A stretch of 64,000 bases of DNA from Acidobacteriota bacterium (GTDB lineage Bacteria; Acidobacteriota; Thermoanaerobaculia; Gp7-AA8). Made by a program: the position numbers and the translations under genes. The stretch is from the NCBI GenBank assembly GCA_019244185.1, contig JAFATB010000022.1:224001-288000 (forward strand), read 5' to 3'. Shown here in pieces: positions 9,622-20,394 of this stretch (within the stretch, counting starts at the first letter, position 1; the number at the start of each line of letters is the position of its first letter). Under the pieces are notes generated by a model, which was given only the letters and a program-made list of their open reading frames with translations, searched no databases and had not been told where the DNA came from.

Positions 9622-10827
9622 ATGAATCTCGAGGAACAACTGGAGTACCTCGGCAAGGGGACCGTCGATCTCATCGAGCGCGCGGACCTCAAAGCCAAGA
9701 TCCAGCGCGGCAAACCGCTCACCATCAAAGTCGGCTTCGATCCGACCGCGCCCGACATCCACCTCGGCCACACGGTCGTGATCCGCAAGATGAAGCACTT
9801 CCAGCAGCTCGGCCATCGCGTCATCTTCCTCATCGGCGACTTCACCGGTCTCATCGGCGATCCGACGGGAAAGAAAGCGACGCGGCCCGCGCTCTCGCGT
9901 GAAGAAGTGCTCGCGAACGCGGAGACCTACCGCCGCCAGGTCTACAAGATCCTCGACGCCGAAAAGACGGAAGTCCGCTTCAACTCCGAATGGCTCGGCG
10001 CCCTCGGCGCGGAAGGGATGATCCGCCTCGCCGCGAAGTACACGCTGGCGCGCATCCTCGAGCGCGACGACTTTCGCAAACGCTTCGACGCGCATCAGCC
10101 GATCGCGATCCACGAGCTGCTCTATCCGCTCGCGCAGGGCTACGACTCCGTCGCGCTGAAGTGCGACGTCGAGATGGGCGGCACCGATCAGCTCTTCAAT
10201 CTGCTCGTCGGCCGCGATCTCATGCGCGAGTACGGGCTCGAGCCGCAGGTCGTCATCACCATGCCGCTGCTCGAAGGGCTCGACGGCGTCGAGAAGATGT
10301 CGAAGTCGCTCGGCAACTACATCGGTATCGACGAGGAGCCGGGCTCGATCTTCGGCAAGATCATGTCCATCTCCGACGCGCTGATGTGGAAGTACTACAC
10401 GCTCTGCACCGACTTCACGCCCGCGCAGGTCGACACGCTGCGGGCGCGCGTCGAAGCGGGCGAGGTGCATCCGATGGACGCGAAGAAGGAGCTCGCGAAG
10501 TCGATCATCCGCGACTTCCATGACGAGGCCGCGGCCGACGCCGCCGACGCCGAATTCCGCCGCGTCTTCAGCGAGCGTCAGGCGCCGACCGACATCGAGG
10601 AAACATCGCTCCCCGCCAGCGACGAGCCGCAGCCGCTCGCGAAGATCATCACCGCGGCGGGACTGGCGGCGAGCAACAAAGACGCGCAGCGCCTCATCGC
10701 GCAGGGCGGCGTGCTCGTCGACGACGCGAAGGTCGAGTCGACGCGCCACGCGCTCGACGCCGCGGCGGGGAAGACGTATCTGCTGAAAGTCGGCAAACGC
10801 CGCTTCGCGCGCATCACCTTCGCGTAA
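9622..10827 (+). CDS. tyrS: Tyrosine--tRNA ligase
   Basis: [24 protein letters not shown]-terminal S4 domain ending KVGKRRF. Confidence 0.97.
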   Translation: MNLEEQLEYLGKGTVDLIERADLKAKIQRGKPLTIKVGFDPTAPDIHLGHTVVIRKMKHFQQLGHRVIFLIGDFTGLIGDPTGKKATRPALSREEVLANAETYRRQVYKILDAEKTEVRFNSEWLGALGAEGMIRLAAKYTLARILERDDFRKRFDAHQPIAIHELLYPLAQGYDSVALKCDVEMGGTDQLFNLLVGRDLMREYGLEPQVVITMPLLEGLDGVEKMSKSLGNYIGIDEEPGSIFGKIMSISDALMWKYYTLCTDFTPAQVDTLRARVEAGEVHPMDAKKELAKSIIRDFHDEAAADAADAEFRRVFSERQAPTDIEETSLPASDEPQPLAKIITAAGLAASNKDAQRLIAQGGVLVDDAKVESTRHALDAAAGKTYLLKVGKRRFARITFA

Positions 10828-10832
10828 AACGA

Positions 10833-10860
10833 AACGCGCCGGCATCGCTGCCGGCGCGTT
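10833..10860. terminator. Hairpin between convergent genes (probable bidirectional terminator)
   Basis: AACGCGCCGGCA-TCGC-TGCCGGCGCGTT, a 12-bp perfect stem. Confidence 0.7.
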
Positions 10861-10887
10861 CGTGCGTGTTGATTCGCGTTCGGGTTC

Positions 10888-11970
10888 CTACTGATAGCGG
10901 ACCGGAATGCGGAGCAGCGTCGTGGCGAAGTCGGACGTCGCGCGCACGACCAACTCGCCGGTGCGGCCTTTCAGCTCGCCCGGCGCGCCGACGCGCACGG
11001 TGCCGTTCGCGTCGAGCAGCGTCGCGGCGGCGGGCTCGTCGATCGAGACGATCTCCAGCGTCACGTTCTCGCCGAACTCGCCGGCGGCGACGACGCGGAA
11101 GTACTGCGGAAAGGCGAGCGTCGAGATCGCGATCGGCGCGTCGAGCACGCCGTCGCCGTTCGCATCGGCCACGTCGACGGTGCCGTTCTCATCGAGATCG
11201 ACGCCGGCGAAGAGGATGTTCACGTCGTCGCGCGTGCGCACGCTCGGGACGAACGACGGATCGCCGGTGTTGTTGTTGATCGCGCTGCCGTAGAAGATCG
11301 CGTTGCCGGACGTGACGCGCGCCTGCACGGTGTCGTTGTTCTGTTCCTGCACGCCGAGGAGGGAAGCGATGCCGCTGTTGTACTGCACGTGCTCGCCGGC
11401 GGCGTAAGTCACATCTTTCGACGTCGCGACGGTGCCGTTCGCACGCACGACTTCCCACGTCACGCTCGCGGCGTTGACGGCGTAAACACCGAAGTTGAAG
11501 CGCGTGATGGCGGCGTTCGAAGGACCGGTGAGCGCGGCGATGTCGCCGGCGCCGCTGGCGTTCGCGACGTCGACCGCGGGGATGTCCTGTCCGAACTCGC
11601 CGGCGGGTGAGGTGTTGAACGTGCGCGAGGTGACGGCGACGGACTTGGCGCTCTTGTCGTCGACGGTGATCACGATCGCGCCGGTGGCGGACGAGAGACC
11701 GAAGCGCGTCTTCGCGATGTCGGCAATCGACACCGTCTCGCGCGGCTGCAGCGTCACCTCGACGGGACCGCGCACGTCGGTGCCGGTGTGGAACGCGAGC
11801 GACAGCGTGACCGCACGCGGACCGGACGTGTGCAGCGTGAGCTCGCTCTGCCACTGGCTGTTGTTCGCGCCCGGGCCCGTGCCCGCGGCCGGAACGACGA
11901 TGGTCGCCGCCTGCGCGGCGAGCGGCAGCAGCGAGAGTGCGGCCGCGGTGATGAGATTGCGATAGTTCAT
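10888..11970 (-). CDS. Secreted beta-rich hypothetical protein
   Basis: Start MNYRNLITAAALSLLPLAAQA (signal peptide, GGAGG RBS). DLDENG and DANGDG Ca-binding-like motifs. Confidence 0.8.
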   Translation of the reverse strand: MNYRNLITAAALSLLPLAAQAATIVVPAAGTGPGANNSQWQSELTLHTSGPRAVTLSLAFHTGTDVRGPVEVTLQPRETVSIADIAKTRFGLSSATGAIVITVDDKSAKSVAVTSRTFNTSPAGEFGQDIPAVDVANASGAGDIAALTGPSNAAITRFNFGVYAVNAASVTWEVVRANGTVATSKDVTYAAGEHVQYNSGIASLLGVQEQNNDTVQARVTSGNAIFYGSAINNNTGDPSFVPSVRTRDDVNILFAGVDLDENGTVDVADANGDGVLDAPIAISTLAFPQYFRVVAAGEFGENVTLEIVSIDEPAAATLLDANGTVRVGAPGELKGRTGELVVRATSDFATTLLRIPVRYQ

Positions 11971-12159
11971 GGTGATGCCTCCTGGTTTGTGCGGGCCGCT
12001 GATTTGCGGCCGCCGTTGTTGCCCGTAAGTACGGAGGCGTCGCGAAAACTGTCTATCGAATTGTGTGCTGTAAAAGAGAGACGGAAAAGAAGTCTGGCGA
12101 GGCGTTCGTGATACGCGGCGCGGCGCGAAAACGTCCAATGAACTAGACTGCGCGGCGCC

Positions 12160-13284
12160 ATGGCCATCCCGCTGCTCGACCTCAAACAGCAATACGCCGC
12201 GATCCGCGACGAGGCGCTCCGCGTCACCGCCGAGATCTACGAATCCCAGCTCTTCATCCTCGGCAAACGCGTCGACGACTTCGAGCGCGACTTCGCCGCC
12301 TACTGCACGACCAGGCACGCCGTCGGCGTCTCGTCCGGCACCGACGCGCTGCTCGAAGCGCTGATGGTGCTCGGCGTCGGACCGGGCGACGAAGTGATCG
12401 TCCCCGCGTACAGCTTCTTCGCCACCGCCGGCGTCGTGGCGCGGCTCGGCGCGATTCCCGTGTTCGTCGACATCACGCTCGACGACTACAACCTCGATCC
12501 CGCGCAGATCGAAGCGCGCATCACGCCGCGCACGAAAGCGATCATGCCGGTGCACCTCTACGGCCAGTGCGCGCCGATGGACGAGATCATGGCCATCGCG
12601 AACGCCCGCAACATTCCGGTCGTCGAAGACGCCGCGCAGGCGGTCGGCGCCGACTATCGCGGCAAACGCGCGGGCGCGATCGGCGCGATGGGCGCGTTCT
12701 CGTTCTTCCCGTCGAAGAACCTCGGCGCGTTCGGCGATGCCGGCGCGATCACGACCAACGACGACGAGCTCGCGGTGAAGCTCATCGACTATCGCGTGCA
12801 CGGCATGCGGCCGAAGTACTTCCATCACGTCGTCGGCGGCAACTTCCGCATCGACGCGCTGCAGGCGGCGATGCTCCACATCAAACTGCCGCATCTCGAG
12901 TCGTGGCACGACGGACGCCGCCGCAACGCGGAGCTCTATCGCCGCCACTTCGCCGCGACCAATGCGGGCGAGCGCGTCGTGCTGCCGGAAGAACTGCCGG
13001 GACGTCGCCACATCTACAACCAGTTCGTGATTCGCTTTCCAGAAGGCAGCGAAACGCGCGATCGCGTGATGGCGCATCTCAAGAGCGTGGCCATCGGCTG
13101 CGAGGTCTATTACCCGCTCACGCTGCCGCAGCAGGAATGCTTCCGCGACGTGCCGGGCGCGCATGACGCATATCCGAACTCCGACGCCGCGGCGGCGCAG
13201 ACGCTGGCCATTCCGATCTTCCCGGAGCTGACCGAAGCGCAGATCGCAGAAGTGGTGAGGGAGATCGTTCAGGGACTCGGATGA
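12160..13284 (+). CDS. DegT/DnrJ/EryC1/StrS PLP-dependent nucleotide-sugar aminotransferase
   Basis: SGTDAL, PVHLYGQ, EDAAQA, SFFPSKNLGAFGDAG. Confidence 0.95.
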   Translation: MAIPLLDLKQQYAAIRDEALRVTAEIYESQLFILGKRVDDFERDFAAYCTTRHAVGVSSGTDALLEALMVLGVGPGDEVIVPAYSFFATAGVVARLGAIPVFVDITLDDYNLDPAQIEARITPRTKAIMPVHLYGQCAPMDEIMAIANARNIPVVEDAAQAVGADYRGKRAGAIGAMGAFSFFPSKNLGAFGDAGAITTNDDELAVKLIDYRVHGMRPKYFHHVVGGNFRIDALQAAMLHIKLPHLESWHDGRRRNAELYRRHFAATNAGERVVLPEELPGRRHIYNQFVIRFPEGSETRDRVMAHLKSVAIGCEVYYPLTLPQQECFRDVPGAHDAYPNSDAAAAQTLAIPIFPELTEAQIAEVVREIVQGLG

Positions 13285-13976
13285 TTCCGATCCGCCACAC
13301 CATCGAGCGGACGAGGCCTCCGCTCGTCAACCGCGCGCTCGTTGCGGCGAACGTCGTCGTGTTCCTCGCGCAGCTCTTCATGGGCGACACGACCGAGCGC
13401 ATCATCCAGACGTTCGGCTTCATGCCCGCGCGCCTCGTCGATCCCGGCGCGTACGGTTACGCCGGCTGGGAAGTGTCGATCACGCTCTTCACGTCGCTCT
13501 TCCTGCACGGCGGTTTCGTGCATCTGATCGGAAACCTCATCTACCTCTGGGTGTTCGGCGGCGCGGTCGAGGACGCGGTGGGGCACTTCCGCTTTTTCCT
13601 GATGTACATCGCGTGCGGCGCGATCGGCAGTCTCACGCACACCGTGCTGTTCCCGCATTCCACCGTGCCGTCGATCGGTGCGTCCGGCAGTATTGCCGGA
13701 CTGCTCGGCGCCTTTCTGGTCTTACGGCCGCACGCGAAAATCGTGACGCTGTTCCCGCTCGTCGTTTATTGGGCGATGGCGGAGATTCCGGCGGTGCTCT
13801 TCCTGCCGGTGTGGTTCGGCATGCAGTTCTTCAACGGCTTCCTCGCGCTGCAGGCCGCGCGCGGCACGCAGGAAGTGGTCGGCATTGCGTGGTGGGCGCA
13901 CGTCGGCGGCTTTCTCTTCGGCGCGCTGCTGGCGGCGCTGTTCCGGCGCAACGATAGAATGCGCGCCCATGCGTAA
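13281..13976 (+). CDS. Rhomboid intramembrane serine protease
   Basis: [25 protein letters not shown]. Confidence 0.93.
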   Translation: MIPIRHTIERTRPPLVNRALVAANVVVFLAQLFMGDTTERIIQTFGFMPARLVDPGAYGYAGWEVSITLFTSLFLHGGFVHLIGNLIYLWVFGGAVEDAVGHFRFFLMYIACGAIGSLTHTVLFPHSTVPSIGASGSIAGLLGAFLVLRPHAKIVTLFPLVVYWAMAEIPAVLFLPVWFGMQFFNGFLALQAARGTQEVVGIAWWAHVGGFLFGALLAALFRRNDRMRAHA

Positions 13977-14841
13977 AGGTCTCATTCTCGCCGGAGGCTC
14001 GGGAACGCGCCTCTATCCGATCACCTCGGTCGTCTCGAAGCAGCTCCTGCCGGTGTACGACAAGCCGATGGTGTACTACCCGCTGACGACGTTGATGCTC
14101 GCCGGCATCCGCGAGTTCCTCATCATCACCACGCCGCAGGACCAGGCCTCGTTCATCAAGCTTCTCGGCGACGGCCATCAGTGGGGCATCGACATTCAGT
14201 ACGCCGTTCAGACCGCGCCGCGAGGACTCGCCGATGCCTTCATCGTCGGCCGCGACTTCGTCGGCGACGATCCGAGCTGTCTCATCCTCGGCGACAACAT
14301 CTTCTACGGCCACGGTCTGACGGATGGTCTGCAGCGCGCCGCCGCGCGCATCGAAGGCGCGACCGTTTTCGCGTATCGCGTGCAGGATCCCGAGCGCTAC
14401 GGCGTCGTCGACATCGACGCGGAGGGCCGCGCGCTGTCGATCGAGGAGAAGCCCGCGCAGCCGAAGTCGAATCTCGCCGTGACGGGTTTGTACTTTTACG
14501 ATCCGCAGGTCGTCGAGATCGCGGCGACGCTGCCGCCGTCGAAGCGCGGCGAGCTCGAGATCACCGACGTCAACCGCATCTATCTCGAGCGCGGCGCATT
14601 GCACGTCGAACAGCTCGGGCGCGGCTTCGCGTGGTTCGACACGGGAACGCAGGAGTCGCTGCTGGCCGCGTCGAACTTCGTGGCGACGGTGGAGATGCGG
14701 CAGGGACTGAAGATCGCCTGCCCCGAAGAGGTCGCCTACTTCATGGGCGCGATCGATGCCGACCGCGTCCGCGAGCACGCGGCGTCGTTGAAAAACAGTA
14801 CATACGGCCGGTATCTGCTCACCATCGCCAACGGGGAATAA
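13969..14841 (+). CDS. rfbA: Glucose-1-phosphate thymidylyltransferase
   Basis: [46 protein letters not shown]. Confidence 0.96.
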   Translation: MRKGLILAGGSGTRLYPITSVVSKQLLPVYDKPMVYYPLTTLMLAGIREFLIITTPQDQASFIKLLGDGHQWGIDIQYAVQTAPRGLADAFIVGRDFVGDDPSCLILGDNIFYGHGLTDGLQRAAARIEGATVFAYRVQDPERYGVVDIDAEGRALSIEEKPAQPKSNLAVTGLYFYDPQVVEIAATLPPSKRGELEITDVNRIYLERGALHVEQLGRGFAWFDTGTQESLLAASNFVATVEMRQGLKIACPEEVAYFMGAIDADRVREHAASLKNSTYGRYLLTIANGE

Positions 14842-14860
14842 CGCCGCGCCGCTTGGTACT

Positions 14861-15991
14861 ATGGACGCGAGCATGTCCATCCCCCGGCGCGTCGTGGTTC
14901 TGGTCGCTGTCCTTCTGCTCGCCGCAGCGACGTTTGCGGTGCTCCTCGCGCCGCCGCGCTTCCTGCTGCGGAGCATCTCGGTGGCCAGCGCGGACCTGCT
15001 GCTGAGCGGCGCGAATCCGAACGACGGCCGCGTCGTCGCCGCGGGCAGGCGGTTCTTCAGCGCGTGGGTGCAGTCGTCGCTGGCGGCGTCCGTCGCCGAC
15101 CGCGTGGCCACGTCCGCACGCGATGAGGTCGCGCTCGGCCAGATCGTCGTGACGGTGCGCAACGCGATCATCAATCACGAGCAACTCGATCACGTCCCGA
15201 AGACGTGGCCGGCGCTGATCTCCGGACTCGGCTACTGCGACCAGATCAACGGCTCGGTCGCCGCCGTCGCCGCGCGCCGTTTCGGCCAGGCCGAGCTCTT
15301 CGCGTTGTACGACCGCAACGGACTGACGTCGCCGCATACGATCGGCCGTGTATGGTCGCCGCAGCGGAACGAATGGCTTTACTTCGACGCCTTCTACTCG
15401 GTGCCGATCGTCTTCACGAAAGACGCGCGGGGCCGCGCGCATTACGCGCGCGTCGACGGCGGCGTGCTGCCGTCGCGCGGCGTGCCGCTGTACTGGGAGT
15501 ACGACCTCTCCGGCTGGACGCTCTCGCGGTTCCGCGCGTCGTTCGCGGCGCAGGTCGTCGCGCGCGCGCGGCGTGAGGCGTTTGCGCCGCCGGCCGTCGT
15601 CGTTGCGGAAGCGGTCGCACGCGGCGGCGAAGCGGGCTTGCAGAAACCGCCGTCGTACTCCGCGGCCGTCGCGCAGCGCCGGTACGCGGGACCGCCGCCG
15701 TCCGCCGCGGCATCCGCGATCTGCTGCGGCTTCGACGCACCGCCGCCGCGTCGCGCGAGCGACGTGCGTCCTCCGGCGGCGGAAGTGCTCGAGCATCGCG
15801 ACGACGCGACGTACGAGCGCCTCGCGCGTGCCTTCGTCGAAGCGCGCTTTGACACGCTCACCGAAGGCGCGAACGTCGAGGCGTATCGCGCGATCGCCGA
15901 GGATCCGAGGGCAGAGCGGGATGACCGCGCGCGGCAGATTGCGCAGGTCGCGCGGAAGCTCGTCGGACAGATGGTGACGCAGCCGCAATGA
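14861..15991 (+). CDS. Membrane-anchored hypothetical protein with a putative transglutaminase-like Cys-His-Asp triad
   Basis: N-terminal TM; GLGYCDQIN ... PHTIGRV ... WLYFDAF. Start may be 14873. Confidence 0.6.
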   Translation: MDASMSIPRRVVVLVAVLLLAAATFAVLLAPPRFLLRSISVASADLLLSGANPNDGRVVAAGRRFFSAWVQSSLAASVADRVATSARDEVALGQIVVTVRNAIINHEQLDHVPKTWPALISGLGYCDQINGSVAAVAARRFGQAELFALYDRNGLTSPHTIGRVWSPQRNEWLYFDAFYSVPIVFTKDARGRAHYARVDGGVLPSRGVPLYWEYDLSGWTLSRFRASFAAQVVARARREAFAPPAVVVAEAVARGGEAGLQKPPSYSAAVAQRRYAGPPPSAAASAICCGFDAPPPRRASDVRPPAAEVLEHRDDATYERLARAFVEARFDTLTEGANVEAYRAIAEDPRAERDDRARQIAQVARKLVGQMVTQPQ

Positions 15992-17046
15992 CGAAGCGCG
16001 CGCTGGTCACGGGCATCACCGGGCAGGACGGTTCGTACCTCACCGAGCTTTTGCTCGAGAAAGGGTACGAGGTGCACGGCATCATCCGCCGTTCGTCCTC
16101 GTTCAACACGGGACGCATCGATCATCTGTATCAGGACGTCCACGATCCCGAGCGGAAGCTCTTCCTGCACTACGGCGACATGAACGACGCGTCGTCGCTC
16201 AACCGCGTGCTGCGCCTCTGCACGCCCGACGAGATCTACAACCTCGCCGCGCAGAGCCACGTGAAAGTGTCGTTCGAGACGCCGGAGTACACGAGCGAGA
16301 TCAACGCCGTCGGTCAACTGCGGCTGCTCGAGGCGATCCGCGAAGTCGACCTGCGTCCGCGCATCTACCAGGCGTCGTCGTCGGAGATGTTCGGCAGCTC
16401 GCCGTCGCCGCAGAGCGAGACCACGCCGTTCGCGCCGCGCAGTCCGTATGCGATCGCGAAGCTCGACGCGTACTGGATGACCGTCAACTACCGCGAGGCG
16501 TACGGCCTCTTCGCCGTCAACGGCATCCTCTTCAACCACGAGTCGCCGCGGCGCGGCGAGACGTTCGTCACGCGCAAGGTCACGCGCGCGGTCGGGCGCA
16601 TCGTGCACGGATTGCAGGACCGGCTGTACGTCGGCAACCTCGAGGCGCGGCGCGACTGGGGTTACGCGCGCGACTATGTCGAGGCGATGTGGCTCATGCT
16701 GCAGCAGTCCGAGCCCGACGACTACGTCGTGGCCACCGGTGAGTCGCACACCGTGCGCGAGCTGTGCGAGGTCGCGTTCGCGCGCGCCGGCTTCGCGCTC
16801 GAATGGAGCGGGGCGGGGGAGAAGGAGCGGGGGATCGACCGCACGTCGGGACGCACGCTCGTCGAGATCGATCCGCGCTACTTCCGTCCGACGGAAGTCG
16901 ACGATCTGCGCGGCGATGCGTCGAAAGCGCGGCGCGCGCTCGGCTGGTCGCCGCGCGTCACGTTCCGTGAGCTCATCGAAATGATGGTCGACTCCGATCT
17001 CGCCCTCGCCGAACGCGAGAAGCGCGCGAACGGAGACGGCGCGTGA
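15988..17046 (+). CDS. gmd: GDP-mannose 4,6-dehydratase
   Basis: [51 protein letters not shown]. Confidence 0.96.
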   Translation: MTKRALVTGITGQDGSYLTELLLEKGYEVHGIIRRSSSFNTGRIDHLYQDVHDPERKLFLHYGDMNDASSLNRVLRLCTPDEIYNLAAQSHVKVSFETPEYTSEINAVGQLRLLEAIREVDLRPRIYQASSSEMFGSSPSPQSETTPFAPRSPYAIAKLDAYWMTVNYREAYGLFAVNGILFNHESPRRGETFVTRKVTRAVGRIVHGLQDRLYVGNLEARRDWGYARDYVEAMWLMLQQSEPDDYVVATGESHTVRELCEVAFARAGFALEWSGAGEKERGIDRTSGRTLVEIDPRYFRPTEVDDLRGDASKARRALGWSPRVTFRELIEMMVDSDLALAEREKRANGDGA

Positions 17047-17996
17047 CGCTCTGGCCGGCGCGCCGCGTGCTGCTGACCGGCGCCGGCGGCTTTCTCGGCT
17101 CGCACCTGCGCGAGCGGCTCGAATCCCTCGGCGTCGCCGCGCTGTTCGCACCGCCGCGCGCCGAGCTCGATCTGCGCGACGGTGTCGCGGTCACGCGCTA
17201 TCTCGACGAGAAGCGTCCGAACCTCGTCATCCACGCCGCGGCGAACGTCGGCGGCATCGGCGCGAACCGCGCACACCCCGGCCAGTTCTTCCACGACAAC
17301 GCGCTGATGGGCATTCAGCTCATCGAAGCCTCGCGCCGTGCCGGCGTCGAGAAGTTCCTCTGCCTCGGCACCGTCTGCGCGTATCCGAAGTTCACGCCGC
17401 TGCCGTTCCGCGAGAGCGATCTGTGGAACGGCTATCCCGAAGAGACCAACGCGCCGTACGGCCTCGCGAAGCGCATGCTGCTCGTGCAGCTGCAGGCGTA
17501 CCGGCAGGAGTACGGCTTCAACGGCATCTACCTGCTGCCGGCGAATCTCTACGGTCCACGCGACAACTTCGATCTCGAGACCAGTCACGTCATTCCGGCG
17601 ATGATCCGCAAGTTCGTCGAAGCGGACGAAGAGAGCGCGCCGGTCGTCACGCTGTGGGGCGACGGCACGCCGACGCGCGAGTTTCTGCACGTCACCGACG
17701 CCGCCGACGCCGTGCTGCTCGCGGCCGAGCGGTACGACGGCGCGGAGCCGGTGAACATCGGCACCGGCGAGTCGGTATCGATCGCGCAGCTCGCCGATCT
17801 CGTCGCGGATGCCACCGGCTATCGCGGCCGGATCGAATGGAACGTCGCGCAGCCCGGCGGACAACCGAAGCGGCAGCTCGACACCACGCGTGCGCGGGAA
17901 GCGTTCGGTTTCACCGCGCGCGTGCGGCTCGCCGACGGGCTGCGGGAAGCGGTGGCGTGGTATAAAACGCGCCGCCCGCCGCGGCCCACGCCATGA
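17043..17996 (+). CDS. fcl: GDP-L-fucose synthase
   Basis: [40 protein letters not shown]; directly follows gmd. Confidence 0.92.
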   Translation: MTLWPARRVLLTGAGGFLGSHLRERLESLGVAALFAPPRAELDLRDGVAVTRYLDEKRPNLVIHAAANVGGIGANRAHPGQFFHDNALMGIQLIEASRRAGVEKFLCLGTVCAYPKFTPLPFRESDLWNGYPEETNAPYGLAKRMLLVQLQAYRQEYGFNGIYLLPANLYGPRDNFDLETSHVIPAMIRKFVEADEESAPVVTLWGDGTPTREFLHVTDAADAVLLAAERYDGAEPVNIGTGESVSIAQLADLVADATGYRGRIEWNVAQPGGQPKRQLDTTRAREAFGFTARVRLADGLREAVAWYKTRRPPRPTP

Positions 17997-19003
17997 AGAT
18001 TCTTCTCACCGGCGCCGCCGGTTTCATCGGGTTCCACGTCACGCAACGCCTGCTCGCGCGCGGCGACTCCGTCGTCGGCATCGACAACCTCAACGACTAC
18101 TACGATCCGTCGTTGAAGGACGCGCGTCTGGCGATGTTGCGCGAGTCGCCGCGGTTCACGTTCGAACGCGCCGACATCTCCGACACCGGCGCGGTGCTGC
18201 GACTCTTTGATATCCATCGACCCGAGCGCGTGGTCAACCTCGCCGCGCAGGCGGGCGTGCGCTACTCGCTCATCAATCCGCACGCGTACACGCAGAGCAA
18301 CGTCAGCGGATTTCTGAACATCCTCGAAGGCTGCCGCGCGACGAACGTCGAGCATCTCGTGTACGCGTCGTCGAGCTCCGTCTACGGTGCGAACACGCGC
18401 CAGCCGTTCGCCGAAGACGACAACGTCGATCATCCGGTGTCGCTGTACGCCGCGACGAAGAAGGCGAACGAGCTGATGGCGCATACGTACTCGCATCTCT
18501 TCGGCGTGCCCACCACCGGCCTGCGCTTCTTCACCGTGTACGGTCCGTGGGGGCGCCCCGACATGGCGCTCTTCAAGTTCACGCGCGGCATCCTCGAAGA
18601 GACGCCGATCGAGGTCTACAACGAAGGCCGCATGGTGCGCGACTTCACGTATGTCGACGACGTCGCGGAAGGCGTCGTGCGGGTGCTCGATCATGTCGCC
18701 GCGCCCGATCCCGACTTCGATCCCACGCAGCCGCGCCCGTCGCGCAGCCGCGCGCCGTATCGCGTCTTCAACATCGGCAACAACCGGCCGGTGCAGCTCC
18801 TCGACTACATCCACGTCCTCGAAGAGTGCCTCGGGAAGAAAGCAAGGATGGAACTGCTTCCGATGCAGCCGGGAGACGTGCCGTCGACGATGGCCGACGT
18901 CTCGCAGCTCGAGGAAGCGGTCGGCTTCCGGCCCGTCACCAGCGTCCGCGACGGCGTGGCCGCGTTCGTGGCGTGGTACAAAAACTACTATCGGATCCCC
19001 TGA
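17993..19003 (+). CDS. NAD-dependent epimerase, UDP-glucuronate 4-epimerase-like
   Basis: [45 protein letters not shown]. Confidence 0.92.
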   Translation: MKILLTGAAGFIGFHVTQRLLARGDSVVGIDNLNDYYDPSLKDARLAMLRESPRFTFERADISDTGAVLRLFDIHRPERVVNLAAQAGVRYSLINPHAYTQSNVSGFLNILEGCRATNVEHLVYASSSSVYGANTRQPFAEDDNVDHPVSLYAATKKANELMAHTYSHLFGVPTTGLRFFTVYGPWGRPDMALFKFTRGILEETPIEVYNEGRMVRDFTYVDDVAEGVVRVLDHVAAPDPDFDPTQPRPSRSRAPYRVFNIGNNRPVQLLDYIHVLEECLGKKARMELLPMQPGDVPSTMADVSQLEEAVGFRPVTSVRDGVAAFVAWYKNYYRIP

Positions 19004-19041
19004 TCCTCTTCAATCGGATCGGCGGAGCCGCGGAGAATCCG

Positions 19042-20385
19042 ATGTCCATCCAGGAGCAAGTCGCAGGAACGGCGCTGCTCGATCGTTTCCTCGAGGCGGT
19101 CGATGCGCGGACGGCGCGCGTCGGCGTGATCGGCCTCGGCTACGTCGGGCTGCCGCTCGTGCTGCTCTACGCCGACGGCGGCTTTCCGGTGATCGGCTTC
19201 GACGTCGACGCGAAGAAGACCCGCGCGCTCAACGCCGGCGAGTCGTACATCCGCCACATCGGCGTCGATCGCATCCGCTCCGCGTTCGCGCGCGAGCAGG
19301 TCGAGGCCACCACCGACTTCGACCGCCTCGCCGAATGCGACGCGATCATCATCTGCGTCCCGACGCCGCTCGGCGCGCATCGCGAGCCCGACCTCGACTA
19401 CATCCGCGCCACCTCCACCGAAATCGCGAAACGCCTGCGCACCGGACAACTGGTGGTGCTCGAATCGACGACCTATCCCGGCACCACGCGCGAGGAACTG
19501 CTCGCGCCGTTCGAAGCGCGCGGACTCGCGTGCGGCCGCGACTTCTTCCTCGCGTTCTCGCCCGAGCGCGAAGATCCGGGCAACGAGCGCTTCAACACGC
19601 GCACGATCCCGAAAGTCGTCGGCGGCATCGACGAGCCGTCGCTGCGCGCCGCGAAGGCGCTCTACTCGACCGTCATCAACACCGTCGTTCCTGTCTCCAG
19701 CGCCGAAGTCGCGGAGTCGTCGAAGCTGCTCGAGAACATCTTCCGCGCCGTGAACATCGCGCTCGTCAACGAGATGAAGATCGTCTTCGAGCGGATGGGC
19801 ATCGACGTCTGGGAAGTGATCGAGGCCGCGCGCACGAAGCCGTTCGGCTTCATGCCGTTCTATCCCGGCCCCGGACTCGGCGGCCACTGCATTCCGCTCG
19901 ATCCGTTCTATCTCACGTGGAAAGCCGCGGAGTACGGGACGTGGGCGCGCTTCATCGAGCTTGCGGGCGAGGTGAACACCGCCATGCCGCGCTACGTCGT
20001 CGACCGCACGGTCGAAGCGGTGAACGCCGCGGGCCGCAGCATCGTCGGTGCGCGCGTGCTCGTCCTCGGCCTCTCGTACAAGCCGGACATCGACGACGAC
20101 CGCGAGTCGCCGTCGTTTGAGCTCATCGAGCTGCTGCAGGAGCGCGGCGCGGACGTCGCGTATTGCGACCCGTACATCCCCGAGGCGCGACGAGGGCGCA
20201 AGCACGACCTGGGATTGCATTCGGTGCCGTGCACGGCGGAAGAGTTCGGAACGTACGATGCGGTCGTCGTGTCGACGCCGCACAGCCAGTTCAAGGATGC
20301 GGCGCTGTGGTCCAACGTGCGCGTCGCGGTCGATACGCGAAACATCGTGCCGCGGGACACGGCGACGCGCGTCATTCGCGCGTAG
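19042..20385 (+). CDS. UDP-N-acetylhexosamine/UDP-sugar 6-dehydrogenase (WbpA/WecC family)
   Basis: GLGYVGLP, CVPTP, ESTTYPGTT, SPER, GGHCIPLDP; ATG 19042 follows GGAG. Confidence 0.92.
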   Translation: MSIQEQVAGTALLDRFLEAVDARTARVGVIGLGYVGLPLVLLYADGGFPVIGFDVDAKKTRALNAGESYIRHIGVDRIRSAFAREQVEATTDFDRLAECDAIIICVPTPLGAHREPDLDYIRATSTEIAKRLRTGQLVVLESTTYPGTTREELLAPFEARGLACGRDFFLAFSPEREDPGNERFNTRTIPKVVGGIDEPSLRAAKALYSTVINTVVPVSSAEVAESSKLLENIFRAVNIALVNEMKIVFERMGIDVWEVIEAARTKPFGFMPFYPGPGLGGHCIPLDPFYLTWKAAEYGTWARFIELAGEVNTAMPRYVVDRTVEAVNAAGRSIVGARVLVLGLSYKPDIDDDRESPSFELIELLQERGADVAYCDPYIPEARRGRKHDLGLHSVPCTAEEFGTYDAVVVSTPHSQFKDAALWSNVRVAVDTRNIVPRDTATRVIRA

Positions 20386-20394
20386 ACTGACGCC

